Assembly: GCA_043820105.1 (NCBI GenBank)
Contig: JBDREC010000010.1
Coordinates: 1 to 64,000 of the forward strand
Reading direction: 5' to 3'
Source: Pseudomonadota bacterium
Lineage (GTDB): Bacteria > Bdellovibrionota_F > JAHFAK01 > JBDREC01
Length of the DNA stretch: 64,000 nt
Position numbers and translations under genes: made by a program. Positions 8,907-20,045 of this stretch are shown piece by piece. Below the pieces are notes generated by a model. It was not told the origin of the DNA and did no database searches. It worked only from the letters and a program-made list of their open reading frames with translations. The number at the start of each line of letters is the position of its first letter. Positions within the stretch are counted from its first letter, which is position 1.

Positions 8907-10491
8907 AAAGAGATGAGCATTTAATAGAATCTCTTTGAGAAAAGACTTCCTTTCTCACCTCAAAAATTCTTTCCCAGTGCTTTGCTGTAATATAAGCACT
9001 TAGAATGGGATCATAAATAATAGTATATCGGAATTGTTCAAAAGCTTCTTCAAAATTATCAGACTCTAAAAGAAGCTGCCTTTCATAATTTAAAATGGTT
9101 TTAAAATACAGTACCCTAAGCTCAAAGCGTTGCTCATCAGTAAACATTACATTTGAGGCTGCAATACATCTCCACATTGTTCTAAAGTGGTTATAAGCCA
9201 TTTTCGCTCGTTTTTCTTCGGACAAAACCAGGGCTTGCCTGTGAATTTTCAAAAAGAAATTCTGTTTATAAAATTCATATTGATCAGGATGAGCTATCCA
9301 ATAGTTTCTAAGACGTTGCCTTTCTTTAATCTCAAGCCTTGTAACATCATCTGCAAATTCTTTATAAATACTTACAGGAAATAAACCGATAATATTAGCT
9401 AGAACAGTATAATCAAAAATCCTTGATTCATTTAAAAACTGTTCTAAGATTTCAAATGGATTAATTCCAAGTCTCATCAAAAGTTCTGCTTCTTCTTTGC
9501 TTAGGCCATCAAGTTCTTTTAAAAAGTCTTCTTCTAAAGTTCTTGTGTCAATAAATGGCCTTGCCCAATCTTCAGTTAACAATCTCGCTATTTTCAACCT
9601 AACAAAGGATATTTTTGTGTGTTTCAAGGTTATCAGAAGCAGCATTTGTGCAATCAAACCTTTATCTGGAAAACTTGCAATTGCTTCTATAGCATAGTTT
9701 TTTCTATTAAAATATCTGCTTTGAAGACCAAAATCCACTTTATAGCCCAGCAATATCGTTTCAAGTAAAGCTCCTTTTTCCATTAAGTGGATTTCTAGGA
9801 TTTCAAGTGCCTCTGAAGATCCTTCTTTTTTATCATATCCTGGATTTTCATAGACATCACTAACATTGAACCTTTCTTGTAGGGCAAAAATATCTAAAGC
9901 ACTTAATGCAGCTCCTTTTGCTGCTTGGCAATCATTAAAACTTGCAATATAAACAAGCCGTCTGGCTATATTATCATCGCAGATATCCAAAGCTACAGTA
10001 ACATTTATTATTTCTTTTAATTTTTCAGGATCTTTTTGATCTTCAAGGTGAAAATTAATTTCCTTTTTAATACTTTCTAATAATTCTTGATTCTCCCCAC
10101 TTTTTATACCAGATACAAGATATTGATTTGAAGCAATGTTACTAACTAGGGCATGGTAATATTCATATGAGGTCTCATGATCAGCAGAAGAAAGAAAAAC
10201 TCTTAACAAAATCATAAGAGCCTCATTTTTCAAAGAATAAAGTTCCATATTATAAGGCATATCAGTTGCCTGGTTGTATTCCTTAAAATACCCTGACTGC
10301 CTAATAATATACCCTAAAGTCTCAGCCTCTCCAGCATCTTTCAGTTCAGGTTTTTTTCTGCACTGGTCTATTACTTTTATAAGAATGGCTGATTTTGGTT
10401 TTTGGGCTATTTCAGATTGTATTTTATTAATAAAAAAGATCTGTAAAAAAACAGCAAATAAGATATAAATTACAGTAGAACGATTTAACAT
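8899..10491 (-). CDS. Secreted helical hypothetical protein, paralog of 12787-14394
   Basis: GGGGAC RBS before ATG 10491; shares blocks EAxxLGYI, EDWxRPxIDxxTLEEDF, RIFDYTxLA, MAYxHFR, FKTILNYE, DPIL. Confidence 0.8.
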   Translation of the reverse strand: MLNRSTVIYILFAVFLQIFFINKIQSEIAQKPKSAILIKVIDQCRKKPELKDAGEAETLGYIIRQSGYFKEYNQATDMPYNMELYSLKNEALMILLRVFLSSADHETSYEYYHALVSNIASNQYLVSGIKSGENQELLESIKKEINFHLEDQKDPEKLKEIINVTVALDICDDNIARRLVYIASFNDCQAAKGAALSALDIFALQERFNVSDVYENPGYDKKEGSSEALEILEIHLMEKGALLETILLGYKVDFGLQSRYFNRKNYAIEAIASFPDKGLIAQMLLLITLKHTKISFVRLKIARLLTEDWARPFIDTRTLEEDFLKELDGLSKEEAELLMRLGINPFEILEQFLNESRIFDYTVLANIIGLFPVSIYKEFADDVTRLEIKERQRLRNYWIAHPDQYEFYKQNFFLKIHRQALVLSEEKRAKMAYNHFRTMWRCIAASNVMFTDEQRFELRVLYFKTILNYERQLLLESDNFEEAFEQFRYTIIYDPILSAYITAKHWERIFEVRKEVFSQRDSIKCSSLFI

Positions 10492-10546
10492 ATGGTCCCC
10501 AATTATACAAAAAAACACATTAATTTTGTTTTCACCTTGATTATTA

Positions 10547-10562
10547 TGCAAATTTTAAGCCA
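10547..10562 (-). promoter_or_regulatory. sigma54 promoter motif
   Basis: TGGCTTAAAATTTGCA on the minus strand. Confidence 0.65.
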
Positions 10563-10651
10563 CAAAGAAGTGCTGCATTATAACTAATTATTTTAAATGC
10601 TTAGAAAAAAAGAAGCCTGGGTTTGAGACAAGTTCTTCCCAATCTTTACCC

Positions 10652-11290
10652 TTAAAATAGCTTTTCTGGCCTATCAAAATACTCTTGAAGCCTATTAAAA
10701 AATATACCGGCATGGTAGCCGTCAACAAGGCCGTGATGAGCTTGAAGTGCAAAGGGCATTAAAAGTTTTTCATCTTGCTTGAAATACTTGCCAATACTAA
10801 TAACAGGAATGCTTGCCTTATTGCTTAAAATAATTGGATGCTGAATAGAAGTAAAAGAAATCCAGGGCACACAATTAACCCAAATGACATCATTTTCTTC
10901 TTTATCCTCAGAAAGCCTTTTAGGATTATTCTTCTTTGCCTCACCCCTTTGTTCCAAGTTCTCTAAAAAGATATTCAAATCTTTTTCAAAAGGCACAACA
11001 CAAAAATCATAAAGATTATTTTCAGCTGCAATTACAAAGGAAATATCAATTTTATCGTATTCAACAACATCTTCGTCTTTTATCCTTGTTCTTAATTCTG
11101 GAATCAAATTTACAGTTGATACAATGGAAAAATATATAGCATTAATAAGTTTTATTTTATTTTTTCTGGCAAATTTCTTTACTTGGCCAACTTCGAGATT
11201 TGTAGTTAAATTAAAAAACGGAAAATCAAAATTTTTATACATTTTATAAGAGTTTTTTCTAATCCACTTTTCCTGATCAATTATTTTCAT
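10652..11290 (-). CDS. cat: Chloramphenicol acetyltransferase (CatA-type) family protein
   Basis: VPWISFTS, IPVISIGKY and catalytic AHHGLVDGYH motif. Confidence 0.85.
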   Translation of the reverse strand: MKIIDQEKWIRKNSYKMYKNFDFPFFNLTTNLEVGQVKKFARKNKIKLINAIYFSIVSTVNLIPELRTRIKDEDVVEYDKIDISFVIAAENNLYDFCVVPFEKDLNIFLENLEQRGEAKKNNPKRLSEDKEENDVIWVNCVPWISFTSIQHPIILSNKASIPVISIGKYFKQDEKLLMPFALQAHHGLVDGYHAGIFFNRLQEYFDRPEKLF

Positions 11291-11379
11291 TAAACCTCAC
11301 TCAAAAAAATTACATCTTAATCGTCAATTTAATCATAGTCATTATTTTTTAGTCAATGCTATTTTAAAAAAAATCAGAT

Positions 11380-12639
11380 CTATTGATTTGGAAATTCATA
11401 ATTTCCAAGATCAATAACATATTTATGACTGCCTTTTGAATATCCATATCCATCACCATGGAAAAATACATCAACATTAAACTCATTTTCTGAAATTGGT
11501 GTAATTAAAAGTTCTCTATACTGGCTGTAATAAAAGTCGCTACCTGAAGGTCCAGCATAGCGAGGAAATGGCTTTGCACTTACTGCGTGCAAATGAAAGC
11601 TTGCTAATGCTTTTGGAAGGTCCTCTAAGAAATTATAGTCATAGATTGCATTATTATTACCATATGGAAGAGAATAGTTCACAATACTAAACTCATCTTT
11701 TTTAAAAAAAATCAAACCTCCATACTCTCTTGAATTGTCTCGGATATCTTGACTAATGATACTCCTTATTTTTTCAAGCACTTCAGGTTTTTCCATGTTT
11801 TTAAGAATTAAATAGATTGTTAAATAATCATATTCTGTAAGCCTGCCTTCATATGCCCCAAAAGATTCACTATATGTTTCACCAAATAAGCAAGTTCTTT
11901 TAGTATGTTTGTTTTCATTAATTGTTGATCTCACATAGTTTCTTATTTCTTCAATCTCTGGTTTTTGTGTTTTTTTATAATATTTATTTAAGAATTTATT
12001 ATAGACCCTTTGGCTTTCTGGAATATTCGGCTGTGTATTATTAAAGGTTTGAATATGTGTTTTATTAAATCCCTTTTCATATTTAGAAAGAATTAGGCTT
12101 GCAAGATCAGAAACTTCAGGATTTTCAAGGTTCAAATAAAGCTCTAAATCCCTTGGAAGATCAGTTGAATAATGTTTATATTGTTCAATAAAAGCATCAG
12201 GAATTCTATGATATTGAGCAAGCTCCATTGTAGTCGTCAAAGTAAGATATGGCTCATATTGAATAAGATTTGCATATCTATCCTCAAGCCCCAGTGAGTC
12301 TGGTGCAACATTTACTTTTGACAAAAGAATTAAGGCCTCAACTGCTTCTTTAGAATAGGTTCTCATAATTGCATCACAAATATATCTTTTCTCTTTAATG
12401 TCTTGCTCACCTAAAAACTTAATTTTTTCCATTAACTGAGAAATTATCGCAGCAGCACTTCCTGGTGAAATTTCAAAATAATCTAGAAGATAAATTAAAT
12501 CCAATTTTTGAATTTCTAATATTTCTTGTTTTGTAAGTTTAATTAGGTCATATTCTCGATCTTGGCAATAGAGATTCTGGGAAATATGGATTGTGATTAG
12601 GATTATGATCAGAATTAAGATTTTAAGATTTCCAAGCAT
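11380..12639 (-). CDS. Secreted protein with C-terminal JAB/MPN-like motif
   Basis: Signal peptide; REYGG...SFHLH...GPSGSD. Confidence 0.6.
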   Translation of the reverse strand: MLGNLKILILIIILITIHISQNLYCQDREYDLIKLTKQEILEIQKLDLIYLLDYFEISPGSAAAIISQLMEKIKFLGEQDIKEKRYICDAIMRTYSKEAVEALILLSKVNVAPDSLGLEDRYANLIQYEPYLTLTTTMELAQYHRIPDAFIEQYKHYSTDLPRDLELYLNLENPEVSDLASLILSKYEKGFNKTHIQTFNNTQPNIPESQRVYNKFLNKYYKKTQKPEIEEIRNYVRSTINENKHTKRTCLFGETYSESFGAYEGRLTEYDYLTIYLILKNMEKPEVLEKIRSIISQDIRDNSREYGGLIFFKKDEFSIVNYSLPYGNNNAIYDYNFLEDLPKALASFHLHAVSAKPFPRYAGPSGSDFYYSQYRELLITPISENEFNVDVFFHGDGYGYSKGSHKYVIDLGNYEFPNQ

Positions 12640-12679
12640 GTTAATTGCGCCTTTGATGTTTCCCATAAGTAATTAGATC

Positions 12680-12695
12680 TGCAACAGATATGCCA
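12680..12695 (-). promoter_or_regulatory. sigma54 promoter motif
   Basis: TGGCATATCTGTTGCA on the minus strand. Confidence 0.7.
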
Positions 12696-12786
12696 CAAAA
12701 GGCAGGATGCCTTTTCTCTATTTTTTCAACTGCTTAAGATCGACAGCTCAATGTTTTTATGTTTAATCTGATCAATAATTGAAACT

Positions 12787-14394
12787 TTATAAATCTGCCA
12801 TTGAAGATGCACATAAAGTGGCCTGTAAAGAACGAGTTTTTAATTCAATTACTTCCTCCTTAACCCGATGGATCATTCTCCAATGCTCTGCCCTTACAAA
12901 CCTTGCAAGAATTGGATCTCCTCCAATTTTTAACCTGAATTCTTCAAAAGCTTCCAAGGGATTATCAGAGTCTAAAAGAAACTCTTTTTCGTAATTTAAA
13001 ATAGTTTTAAAAAATAACGCTCTGAATTCAGTTCTCTGATCTTCTGTAAATCTTACATTAGAAGCAGAAACTGCTCGCCACAGATATCTAAAGTGTGCAT
13101 AAGCCATACTTGCTCTTGGTTCTGTTGCTAAATTAAGGGCTTGTCTATATACATTTTTATAAAAATTAGCTTCATATTCCTTTTTTCTGCCTGGATATTT
13201 TTCCCAATAAGCGTCCAATCTATCCCTGGCCTGACCTTCCAGACGAGCAAATTCCTTTTGTACATGTTCTGGAAAATTAAACCTCGGAAGCAAAATAATT
13301 TGTGCTAGAGTCGTATAATCAAAAATCCTTGGATCAGACTTAAATTCTTCTAAAATATTGTAAGGATCAACTCCAATCCCAATAAGTGTTCTTACTTCAG
13401 AAGGACTTAATCTTTTTAGTTCGGAATTAAAGTCTTCCTCCAGTGTTTTTGGATCAATATATGGTCTGGTCCAATCCTCACATAAAAGTCTGGCTGCATC
13501 AACTCTATAAAATGGAGAGGTGGCATGTTTTAAGCTTGAAGTAAGCATCATTTGCAGTATCAACCCCTTCCTTGGCAGGTTTCTTATTTCCTGTACTGCC
13601 AAATCTTTTCCTTCTGTATATCTGCTTTGAACACCAATATATAATTGATATCCTAAAAAAATTGTTTTGAACAAAGAGCTCTGACCATTGGAATGCAATT
13701 TTAATCTTTGAACCACTTTCAGGGGATCTTCTCTGATTTCAAAACCTGGATTTTCTAAGACTTCATCAAGGTCAAAATTCCCTTTCTGCAAAAGCAAATC
13801 AAGGCAGCTCAAAGCAGAACCTCTTATAAAATCGGTTTGACCCGTAAGGGCAATCTTTAAAACCTCTTTAGCCCAAGTATTTCCTTTTAAGTCAAATAAT
13901 ACAACTAAATCAATCCACCTAACCAGCTTATCAGAATCTTTTTCATCTCTTAAAGCTTTTACTAATTTCTCCTTAAAACGGGAAAAGTTTTCTTGATTTT
14001 GCCTGAATTTAAAACCTTTAATTAACTGAGGATTTTTATTGCTTCCAAGGCGAATTGCTCTGAAATATTCATAAGCAACATCTGCATCTGCTCCGTTTAA
14101 CATTCCTTCAAAAAGCAACATTACAACCTCATTTTTCAAAGCTAGTAACTCAATAGCATAGGGAACCCTGGCAGCTTGAGTGTATTCAATAAACATTCCT
14201 GATTTGGAGGCTATGTATCCCAGAACATTCGCTTCAGGCGCATCTTTAAATTCTGGATTTTTTCTGATTTCAGCTATGACCTTAATCAATAGATCTGACT
14301 TTGTAATTTCACTTTGACAGTGAGCTTGATGAAAAAAACTACCTATAATAATTATTAAAATAGGAAAAATAGTTTTTCGTAGGTGCGTTTTCAT
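12787..14394 (-). CDS. Secreted helical hypothetical protein, paralog of 8899-10491
   Basis: Signal peptide ending AHC; full-length collinear similarity to the 8899 gene. Confidence 0.8.
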   Translation of the reverse strand: MKTHLRKTIFPILIIIIGSFFHQAHCQSEITKSDLLIKVIAEIRKNPEFKDAPEANVLGYIASKSGMFIEYTQAARVPYAIELLALKNEVVMLLFEGMLNGADADVAYEYFRAIRLGSNKNPQLIKGFKFRQNQENFSRFKEKLVKALRDEKDSDKLVRWIDLVVLFDLKGNTWAKEVLKIALTGQTDFIRGSALSCLDLLLQKGNFDLDEVLENPGFEIREDPLKVVQRLKLHSNGQSSLFKTIFLGYQLYIGVQSRYTEGKDLAVQEIRNLPRKGLILQMMLTSSLKHATSPFYRVDAARLLCEDWTRPYIDPKTLEEDFNSELKRLSPSEVRTLIGIGVDPYNILEEFKSDPRIFDYTTLAQIILLPRFNFPEHVQKEFARLEGQARDRLDAYWEKYPGRKKEYEANFYKNVYRQALNLATEPRASMAYAHFRYLWRAVSASNVRFTEDQRTEFRALFFKTILNYEKEFLLDSDNPLEAFEEFRLKIGGDPILARFVRAEHWRMIHRVKEEVIELKTRSLQATLCASSMADL

Positions 14395-14455
14395 CTATAA
14401 TATCCCACTTTAAGCATTGTAATAATATTGGTTTATTCTTAACTAGCTAATTGTA

Positions 14456-14471
14456 TGCAAAAACCAGGCCA
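14456..14471 (-). promoter_or_regulatory. sigma54 promoter motif
   Basis: TGGCCTGGTTTTTGCA on the minus strand. Confidence 0.6.
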
Positions 14472-14521
14472 AACATGGCGCGTAGCGCAAAACAAATAAA
14501 ACATACAATATCAACTATTTA

Positions 14522-14875
14522 TCAGGAAAAAAATGACTTCTTATTATTCCCAATCAAGGAAATGAGACAAGCATTTCTCAAAAAGAGGTCAAAGCAAAAA
14601 AAAAGATGTTTTGTAAATAAATCTGCCAGTAAATTTGTGCATTGAAGAAGGGGCCTTAATTCTGACATTTCTTTTTTTGTTCTATAAATTGCTTCCCAAT
14701 GCCTGGATGTAACGTAACTAAGCAAAATAGGATCTCCAACAATTTGATTCTTGAATTTTTCAAAGCCTCTTTGACTAATTATATATCCTAAAATTTCTGC
14801 TTCATGTAAATTTTCCAATTCTGGATTTTGCCCTAGATTTTGCATAACTCTAAGCAAAAGATCAGATTTTGGCCC
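14522..14875 (-). pseudogene. Internally deleted third paralog of the 8899/12787 family
   Basis: N-terminal block KSDLLLRV..NPEL..EAEILGYIISQRG joined directly to C-terminal block FEKFK..GDPILLSYVTSRHW. Confidence 0.75.
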
Positions 14876-15111
14876 TTCATATTGAATTGAAATAAGTAGA
14901 GCTGAAAATATAAAAATTTAAATAAGTAATATTTTTGGCAGGTAGTATTGTTTTTGCTGAAAAAACTGTATCTAAACTAGTATAATTATGATATAATAAA
15001 TTTGTATTAAAAAGGAGTTGGGGATATCCGGTGAAAAAAAATAATCAAATAATAACAAGCATTTGCGGTTCTTGTTTGGGTTTTTTTATAATCACTTCTA
15101 AATTAGAGATA

Positions 15112-17380
15112 TTGTTTTTATTCAAATCTTTTACCACTTTTTTTTAAAATTATCACCCTTATTCCGATTTTTCTTATTTTTCTGGGTTGCTTAGACCCCA
15201 ATAACAAGGATTCTGATGGAGGAAGTCAACAAAATGCTCCAAATAGCACTGATGACATTTCTGAAACTGCTCCTGATTTAAATGAAGATAACATTGCAAG
15301 TGATGAAGATATTGAATCAGCAATTCAAGACGCCCTAGAAGAAATCACCTCGCCTGTTAATATTCCAATTCCAAATGATATTGAAGAAAATAATTATCTT
15401 ATGACCTTAGAAGGAACAATCCCGGCAACAGACATAATTCAAAGGTCTGACATATCTCAAATGAATATTATAACCAGATCTGATTTAATTACAAGAAATG
15501 ACCTTACTTCAGCTGATGTTGCTAGTTCTATCATGAAAAGCAGTATTGTAAATAGTTCGTTGTCAATATATGGTCTTATTCTTGTCTTAATTAGAATAGA
15601 TGATTCTGGTGCCTTGCATGTTGAGGCTGAATTCACTGAAGAAGATTATAGTTTCACTTTTGGTTTTGAGACATTCCCTGATGGCATCTTTCAATTATCC
15701 CTATATGTTAAATACGAAAATAATGAAGGTGACCCAGTACTTTATCATGTTGCTGACTTTTTTGATGAAGCTTCCAATTCTCTTTTTGCTTTTAATGATG
15801 CTTCAATAGACTTTGGAACACCAACACTTGATGATACAAAATTGATTACACCATCTGACACTTCTTCTTTAGCCCAAGACGATTCACTGGAAGCTCCAGC
15901 CTTAACAGCAGCGTCTCAAAACATTGAAAGAGTTACTTTTGTAATTGGCAGGGATGATAATGAAATTACCTTAACAGGTTATAGCCCCTCAGGCAATCCA
16001 ATTTCTGTCTATATAACAAATGCACCAGGTTTTTTAGAAATCAGCGCTACAGATGATTCAATTGACTCAAGTGAAGTCACTATTGATTTTGACTCTAGCG
16101 CAGCTGTTGAAGGAATTTATCCAGTCTCGCTTATTGTCAAAGATAACTCAACGGGAATCTATACAAGCCATACGCCGATTATTTATGTGATTGAAGAAAA
16201 CCAAATTTCGACCACTCCAGATAACTTTGTATTTGAATCAACACTAGAAAGCGATCTGAGTACCAAAGCCAATAGTTATCCCAAAATAACAGTATATGGC
16301 TCAAATTATAATAAAGCTTTTTTTGCTTATAATTCAGCGGAAGGAACTCCATATATTAGAGAAACTCGCTATGGGGCTTTTTCAAGTAGTGCTGTACAGG
16401 TTTCAGACGATACCTACCGTGATTCTGAATATGATGTTGGCTGGAGTTTAGAAGAAGTTACCAGTACTGACTCTGATGGCACAAATTTTGTTACAGCAAG
16501 TTGCAGTAATAGTGTGATAATCATAATAAGGCTTATTGATTCATCCTTTGAAGTTGCAACTAGGAAAGTATTTAATAGAGATGACTTTGAAGGCATAACC
16601 GCTTTTACAGGACCAGAGATCTCAATCAATAAAAATGGAATAGGAATTGTAGCCTGGATAGCAAATGATGGCGAGCAGATTTATTATGCTTATATAAATA
16701 CAAATACCATGGAAGTTTCAGATGCATATATCCTTGATTCAGATTCTTTAAACCACACTGTTCAGGATAAGCTCAGACTTATTTTTACCAACAACAATCT
16801 ATTGATTATTAGAAACGGTGAAATAACAGGGGGCAAAGCTTTTATTTTAGCAAACTATGAAAATGGAGCCTTGACTAACTGGAGAACTCAAACAACTGAC
16901 ACTGTTAATGGTGAAGGCGGTTATTACTATGAACTTTTTGGAGACCTATTCACCGTTTACGGAGATTTAGCTAAAGATATCGCAGGCTATGTATATCCAT
17001 CTTCAGGAGGCTACAGGATATTGTTATTTACCTCTGACGGAGATAAAATATCAGCTGGAGGAAATTTAATCGAAAAAGCAGATGAATCAGAGATAAGCGT
17101 AGGGTGGCTTGTTGGACGAAATGGTCCAATCTCTGTGAAAGCAGATATGTATGGCAGAATTGTTGTTGCCTGGGGAACTTCTTCATATGGAGATTATATA
17201 AATTACGGCTTACTTACTTTGCCAGATGGTAGAATTTTTAGTGATGACAAATTTATAGTTGGTCAGGGAACCCTGAACAATGATAATCTGGATGCCTGCA
17301 TGCTAAATGATGGACGCTTTGCCATTACATATAGCACAGATGATGTGACCAAAATAAATATATATAACAATTCACAATAA
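15112..17380 (+). CDS. Large acidic surface lipoprotein, frameshifted at T8 in its signal peptide
   Basis: Frame of the 15401 ORF is open back to about 15107 and has lipobox IFLGC but no start; TTG 15112 (or GTG 15031) lies in another frame that joins at T8 15138-15145. Confidence 0.65.
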
Positions 17381-17414
17381 CATTAAATAAATTGCTAAAA
17401 TCCAATTATTATTT

Positions 17415-19883
17415 TTATTTAAAAATAAGGTTAATTAACTTTTCTTTGACATAAATGTGTTTAGCTAAAGTTTTTCCCTCTGAATGCTTTATTACTTTGT
17501 CTTGTTCTAAAGCAGTTTCTTTTATCGCATCTTCAGATGCACTTCTATCAATTTGAAGTTCACCTCTTAATTTGCCATTAACCATTACAGCCAATTTCAT
17601 TGTATCAAGGTGCAAATATTTTTCGTCCCATTTTGGCCAAGCTTCTTTAAAAACTGACTGGCTATTCCCAAGCTTTTCCCAAAGTTCTTCAGATAGGTGA
17701 GGAGCAAAGGGAGCCAAAATCACAACAAAGGTTTTTAAAATATTCTGAAGCAGAAATTTATTTTGCTTATCAACTGGAATGATTCTTAAATATTCTGTTA
17801 ATCCATTATAAAGCTCCATAAAGCGAGCAACAGAAGTATTAAACATAAATCTATCAGTATCAATAGTAGACATCTTAATAGTGTTATGAAAAATTAAAAG
17901 CAGTTTTTTGTCTTCTTCACTAAATTCTTGTTCAACTAAATCTTTAGCAAGCATTGTGTTTTCATTTTCTTCAAAAAGCCTGACTAACCTTTCTGAAAAT
18001 CTTACCATTGCCTTGAACCCAGTGTCATCCCATGGGCCACCATCAATATAATTAAAACCAAAACTCAAGTATAACCTCAATACATCAGAACCATAATCTT
18101 CAACATATTGATCAGGGGAAACAGAGTTACCTTTTGATTTTGACATCTTTTGACCATCAGGACCCAAAACCAAACCTTGATGAGTCAGGCTCGGGAAAGG
18201 TTCTTCAAAATCAATGAAACCAGCATCTTTTAAAGCCATTGTAATAAAACGAGCGTATAATAGATGCATGCAAGCATGCTCTGCGCCACCACAGTATTTG
18301 TCAACTGGAAGCATTTTTTTTGTTATTTCTTTATCAAAAGCGACATCATTAAAAGATGTGCTTGGATACCTTAAAAAATACCATGAAGAACAAACAAAGG
18401 TATCAAGAGTGTCAGGTTCACGAGTTGCTGCTTTTCCGCATTTTGGACAAGTTGTATGCATAAAAGTTTTGCTTGTAGCAAGAGGTGATTCGCCAGTTGG
18501 TTTGAATTCAGCGTCTTCAGGCAAACATACTGGAAGATCTTTTTCAGGGATTGGAACTTCTCCGCAATCTTCACAGTAAACAATTGGTATAGGCGATCCC
18601 CAGTAACGCTGTCTTGAAACTAACCAATCATGAAGTCGGAAATTTATTTTGCCCCGACCGATATCTGAGCCTTCCATGTCCTTTATAATAGCAGGAATCA
18701 TGTCAGTTGACAGCATATCATTATATTTATCTGAATTAATAACTTTTCCAGCCTCTACAAAAGCCTCAGTTAACTCATCTTCAGCTTTTTTACCTTCTTC
18801 TAAAATAACTTTCTTAATTTCTAAATTATATTTTTTGGCAAAGGCAAAATCTCTTTCATCATGAGCAGGAACTGCCATTACAACACCCGTACCATAAGAG
18901 TAAAGAACATAATCACCAACCCAAATTGGAACCTTTTCATTATTCAATGGATTAATTGCATAGGCACCTGTGAAAACTCCAGTCTTTTCATCAGTTGTAG
19001 AAAGTCTATCTATTTCTGATTTTGCTTTTGATTTTTCAATATAAGCCTTAACAGCTTCTTTGTTTTCTTCTTTTGTAATTTTATCAAGCATAGGGTGTTC
19101 TGGAGCAAACGTATTATAAGTTACACCATAAACAGTGTCTGGTCTGGTTGTAAAAACTGTAAATTTTTCACCGGAAGACTCAATTGTAAAATCAATTTCA
19201 GATCCTTCGCTTCTTCCAATCCAGTTTGATTGCATGCTCTTTGTTTTATGTGGCCAATCAAGACCGTCAATTCCATCAAGAAGCCTTTGAGCATAATCAG
19301 TAATTTTAAAAAACCACTGTCTCAAATTTTTCTTTGTAACTAAAGTGTCACAACGTTCACAAGCACCATCATGAACTTGTTCATTTGCTAAAACTGTTTG
19401 GCAATTTGGACACCAATTAACAGGTGCTTCTTTTCTATAAGCAAGTCCTTTTGCATAAAGCTTCAAAAACACCCATTGCGTCCATTTATAATAATCAGGT
19501 TTAGAAGTATCTAGGATATGCTTCCATGTATATGCAGTTCCCATCTTTTTGAACTGCTCAATCATATATTTTACATTTGTTGTGGTTGAATCATTTGGAT
19601 GAACACCCATTTTCACAGCATAATTTTCAGCAGGAAGCCCAAAAGCATCAAAACCCATTGGGAAAAACAATTTTTTGCCAGTCATTAATTGATATCTTGC
19701 CCAAGTATCCATTAATCCATATTGATACCAATGACCCATATGAAGTTTAGCAGCCGAAGGGTAAGGAAACATAACCAAAACATAAAATTTATCATCCGCA
19801 GAATTCACATCAAAATCAAAAACCCCATCTTTTTCCCATTTATCCTGCCATTTTGCTTCAATTTTTTTAAAGTCATGAGCCAT
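17415..19883 (-). CDS. leuS: Leucine--tRNA ligase
   Basis: MFPYPS, HMGH, GFDAFGLPAEN, SRQRYWG, KMSKS; AGGAG RBS before ATG 19883. Confidence 0.97.
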   Translation of the reverse strand: MAHDFKKIEAKWQDKWEKDGVFDFDVNSADDKFYVLVMFPYPSAAKLHMGHWYQYGLMDTWARYQLMTGKKLFFPMGFDAFGLPAENYAVKMGVHPNDSTTTNVKYMIEQFKKMGTAYTWKHILDTSKPDYYKWTQWVFLKLYAKGLAYRKEAPVNWCPNCQTVLANEQVHDGACERCDTLVTKKNLRQWFFKITDYAQRLLDGIDGLDWPHKTKSMQSNWIGRSEGSEIDFTIESSGEKFTVFTTRPDTVYGVTYNTFAPEHPMLDKITKEENKEAVKAYIEKSKAKSEIDRLSTTDEKTGVFTGAYAINPLNNEKVPIWVGDYVLYSYGTGVVMAVPAHDERDFAFAKKYNLEIKKVILEEGKKAEDELTEAFVEAGKVINSDKYNDMLSTDMIPAIIKDMEGSDIGRGKINFRLHDWLVSRQRYWGSPIPIVYCEDCGEVPIPEKDLPVCLPEDAEFKPTGESPLATSKTFMHTTCPKCGKAATREPDTLDTFVCSSWYFLRYPSTSFNDVAFDKEITKKMLPVDKYCGGAEHACMHLLYARFITMALKDAGFIDFEEPFPSLTHQGLVLGPDGQKMSKSKGNSVSPDQYVEDYGSDVLRLYLSFGFNYIDGGPWDDTGFKAMVRFSERLVRLFEENENTMLAKDLVEQEFSEEDKKLLLIFHNTIKMSTIDTDRFMFNTSVARFMELYNGLTEYLRIIPVDKQNKFLLQNILKTFVVILAPFAPHLSEELWEKLGNSQSVFKEAWPKWDEKYLHLDTMKLAVMVNGKLRGELQIDRSASEDAIKETALEQDKVIKHSEGKTLAKHIYVKEKLINLIFK

Positions 19884-19930
19884 GAAATATCTCCTATAAA
19901 ACAGATGTGTTAATAAAAAGAACAATGAGA

Positions 19931-19988
19931 GGTGTTTGGTATTTGGTATTCGGTATTCGGTATTCGGTATTCGGTATTCAGTGTTCAG
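19931..19988. repeat. Heptamer tandem repeat (GGTATTC)n
   Basis: Visible directly, with degenerate flanking units. Confidence 0.9.
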
Positions 19989-19997
19989 GTAAATCCA

Positions 19998-20045
19998 TTG
20001 TTCTCTTGTTCTCTTGTTCTCTTGTTCCCTTGTTCCCTTGTTCCC
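19998..20045. repeat. Octamer tandem repeat (TTGTTCYC)x6
   Basis: Visible directly; a related array is at 31621-31647. Confidence 0.9.

Noticed and set aside
19931-20045. Repeat arrays as a CRISPR
   Set aside because: Units are 7-8 nt with no spacers, and no cas genes are in the window
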